From contig CAZYIM010000034.1 of NCBI GenBank assembly GCA_964647565.1, positions 1 to 26,433 of the forward strand: DNA of 26,433 bases. Direction: 5' to 3'. The stretch is from an uncultured Methanosarcinales archaeon (GTDB lineage: Archaea; Nanobdellota; Nanobdellia; Woesearchaeales; CAZYIM01). The translations under genes and the position numbers were made by a program. Under the pieces are notes generated by a model. The model saw only the letters and a program-made list of their open reading frames with translations, searched no databases and had not been told where the DNA came from. Of the stretch, positions 25,746 through 26,433 are shown one piece after another (position 1 is the stretch's first letter; each line of letters starts with the position of its first letter).

Positions 25746-26199
25746 GTTAATCGGATTGAGCCTCTTGGCATGTGGTAAACAGGAACATATATTACCAGAA
25801 AAAAGGGGTCAAGCAAGTATCAGTACTATAGTAGTCAATGAGCAGATAAATGTTCCAAGAGCCAGGCTGCTCGGCGTAACAGATGGATTTGCAGGTTATA
25901 CATTTTCATATGGATCTGACTCAGATGATGAAAGTTTCGGCTACAGTCCCTTTATGCATTACCAGATGCCAACCTTCCTAATCGGCGATGAAAAGGTCTC
26001 GTTTTTGATACCCAATCCCGAACCTCTAGTGCCTAACTCAATCTATGAGTTTGAATACCAAAGGCTTTTGCCGAATAATCCTTTAATGTCAGAAGAGTTA
26101 ATCAAAGTCTATGTAGATAAGTCCTTTGACACACTTCACAACTATAAGCTTAGTGATAAACTAGTCGGCATAATCAATTATATAAAACCAATAATGTGA
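25717..26199 (+). CDS. Lipoprotein array paralog 7
   Basis: Lipobox LLAC and VPRARLLGV...YQMPTF...FLIP...LSDKLVGII. Confidence 0.85.
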   Translation: MNWKKGLIIPLIGLSLLACGKQEHILPEKRGQASISTIVVNEQINVPRARLLGVTDGFAGYTFSYGSDSDDESFGYSPFMHYQMPTFLIGDEKVSFLIPNPEPLVPNSIYEFEYQRLLPNNPLMSEELIKVYVDKSFDTLHNYKLSDKLVGIINYIKPIM

Positions 26200-26204
26200 A
26201 ACAA

Positions 26205-26433
26205 ATGAAATGGAAAACAGCATTAATGATACCCGTGATGGCAACTTTTTTAGCCTGCGGCGGTCAGAGGCATGTTGAACCTGAAGAAAAGGGAAAAGCA
26301 AGTATCAGCACTATTGCCATTGATGAACTTGTTAATATTCCAAGAGCAAAACTGCTTAGTGTAACAGATGGATACGCTGGCTACACATTTGCACATGAAG
26401 AAGGTGAAGATGCAACATACAGTTTCAGCCCAT
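26205..26433 (+). CDS. Lipoprotein array paralog 8 (3'-truncated; absent from the ORF track)
   Basis: Manual translation: MKWKTALMIPVMATFLACGGQRHVEPEEKGKASISTIAIDELVNIPRAKLLSVTDGYAGYTFAHEEGEDATYSFSP. Lipobox FLAC; close to paralog 7. Confidence 0.85.
   Translation, partial: MKWKTALMIPVMATFLACGGQRHVEPEEKGKASISTIAIDELVNIPRAKLLSVTDGYAGYTFAHEEGEDATYSFSP

Noticed and set aside
22210..26433. Diversity-generating retroelement, CRISPR array or integron cassette array
   Set aside because: No reverse transcriptase or template/variable repeat pair with adenine-specific differences, no regularly spaced repeats, and no intergenic room for attC sites.
1..26433. tRNA/rRNA genes, transposases, integrases or prophage genes
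   Set aside because: The intergenic gaps are short and show no cloverleaf or rRNA-like sequence. No mobile-element protein motif was recognised.

Overview
Gene-dense, AT-rich, most likely archaeal DNA, possibly DPANN/Woesearchaeota-like. That assignment rests on BRE-TATA promoters, leaderless starts and AGGTGA/GGAGGTG ribosome-binding sites, and is inference. Bases 1-7500 hold housekeeping and accessory genes: the 3' end of uvrB, a guaB-purA operon, a DUF885/MATCAP-like zinc peptidase divergent from a metallophosphoesterase, a flavodoxin-fold oxidoreductase and two hypotheticals. The remaining ~19 kb is one co-oriented cluster. (1) A candidate complete ubiquitin-like conjugation operon in the order Ubl precursor (internal GG plus 46-aa tail), E2-like, JAB/JAMM protease, tandem-ThiF E1, followed by a membrane-anchored TPR protein and a lipoprotein. 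(2) A second unit with its own promoter and a structured leader, encoding a long coiled-coil protein, a hypothetical, a classical AAA ATPase with a degenerate Walker B and a DUF6638-like protein. (3) A translationally coupled tandem array of at least 8 paralogous exported/lipoproteins with a hypervariable loop, running off the window end. A CACT-N4-AGT motif occurs at the promoters of both units. All family assignments come from motifs read by eye and recalled family knowledge; no searches were run.
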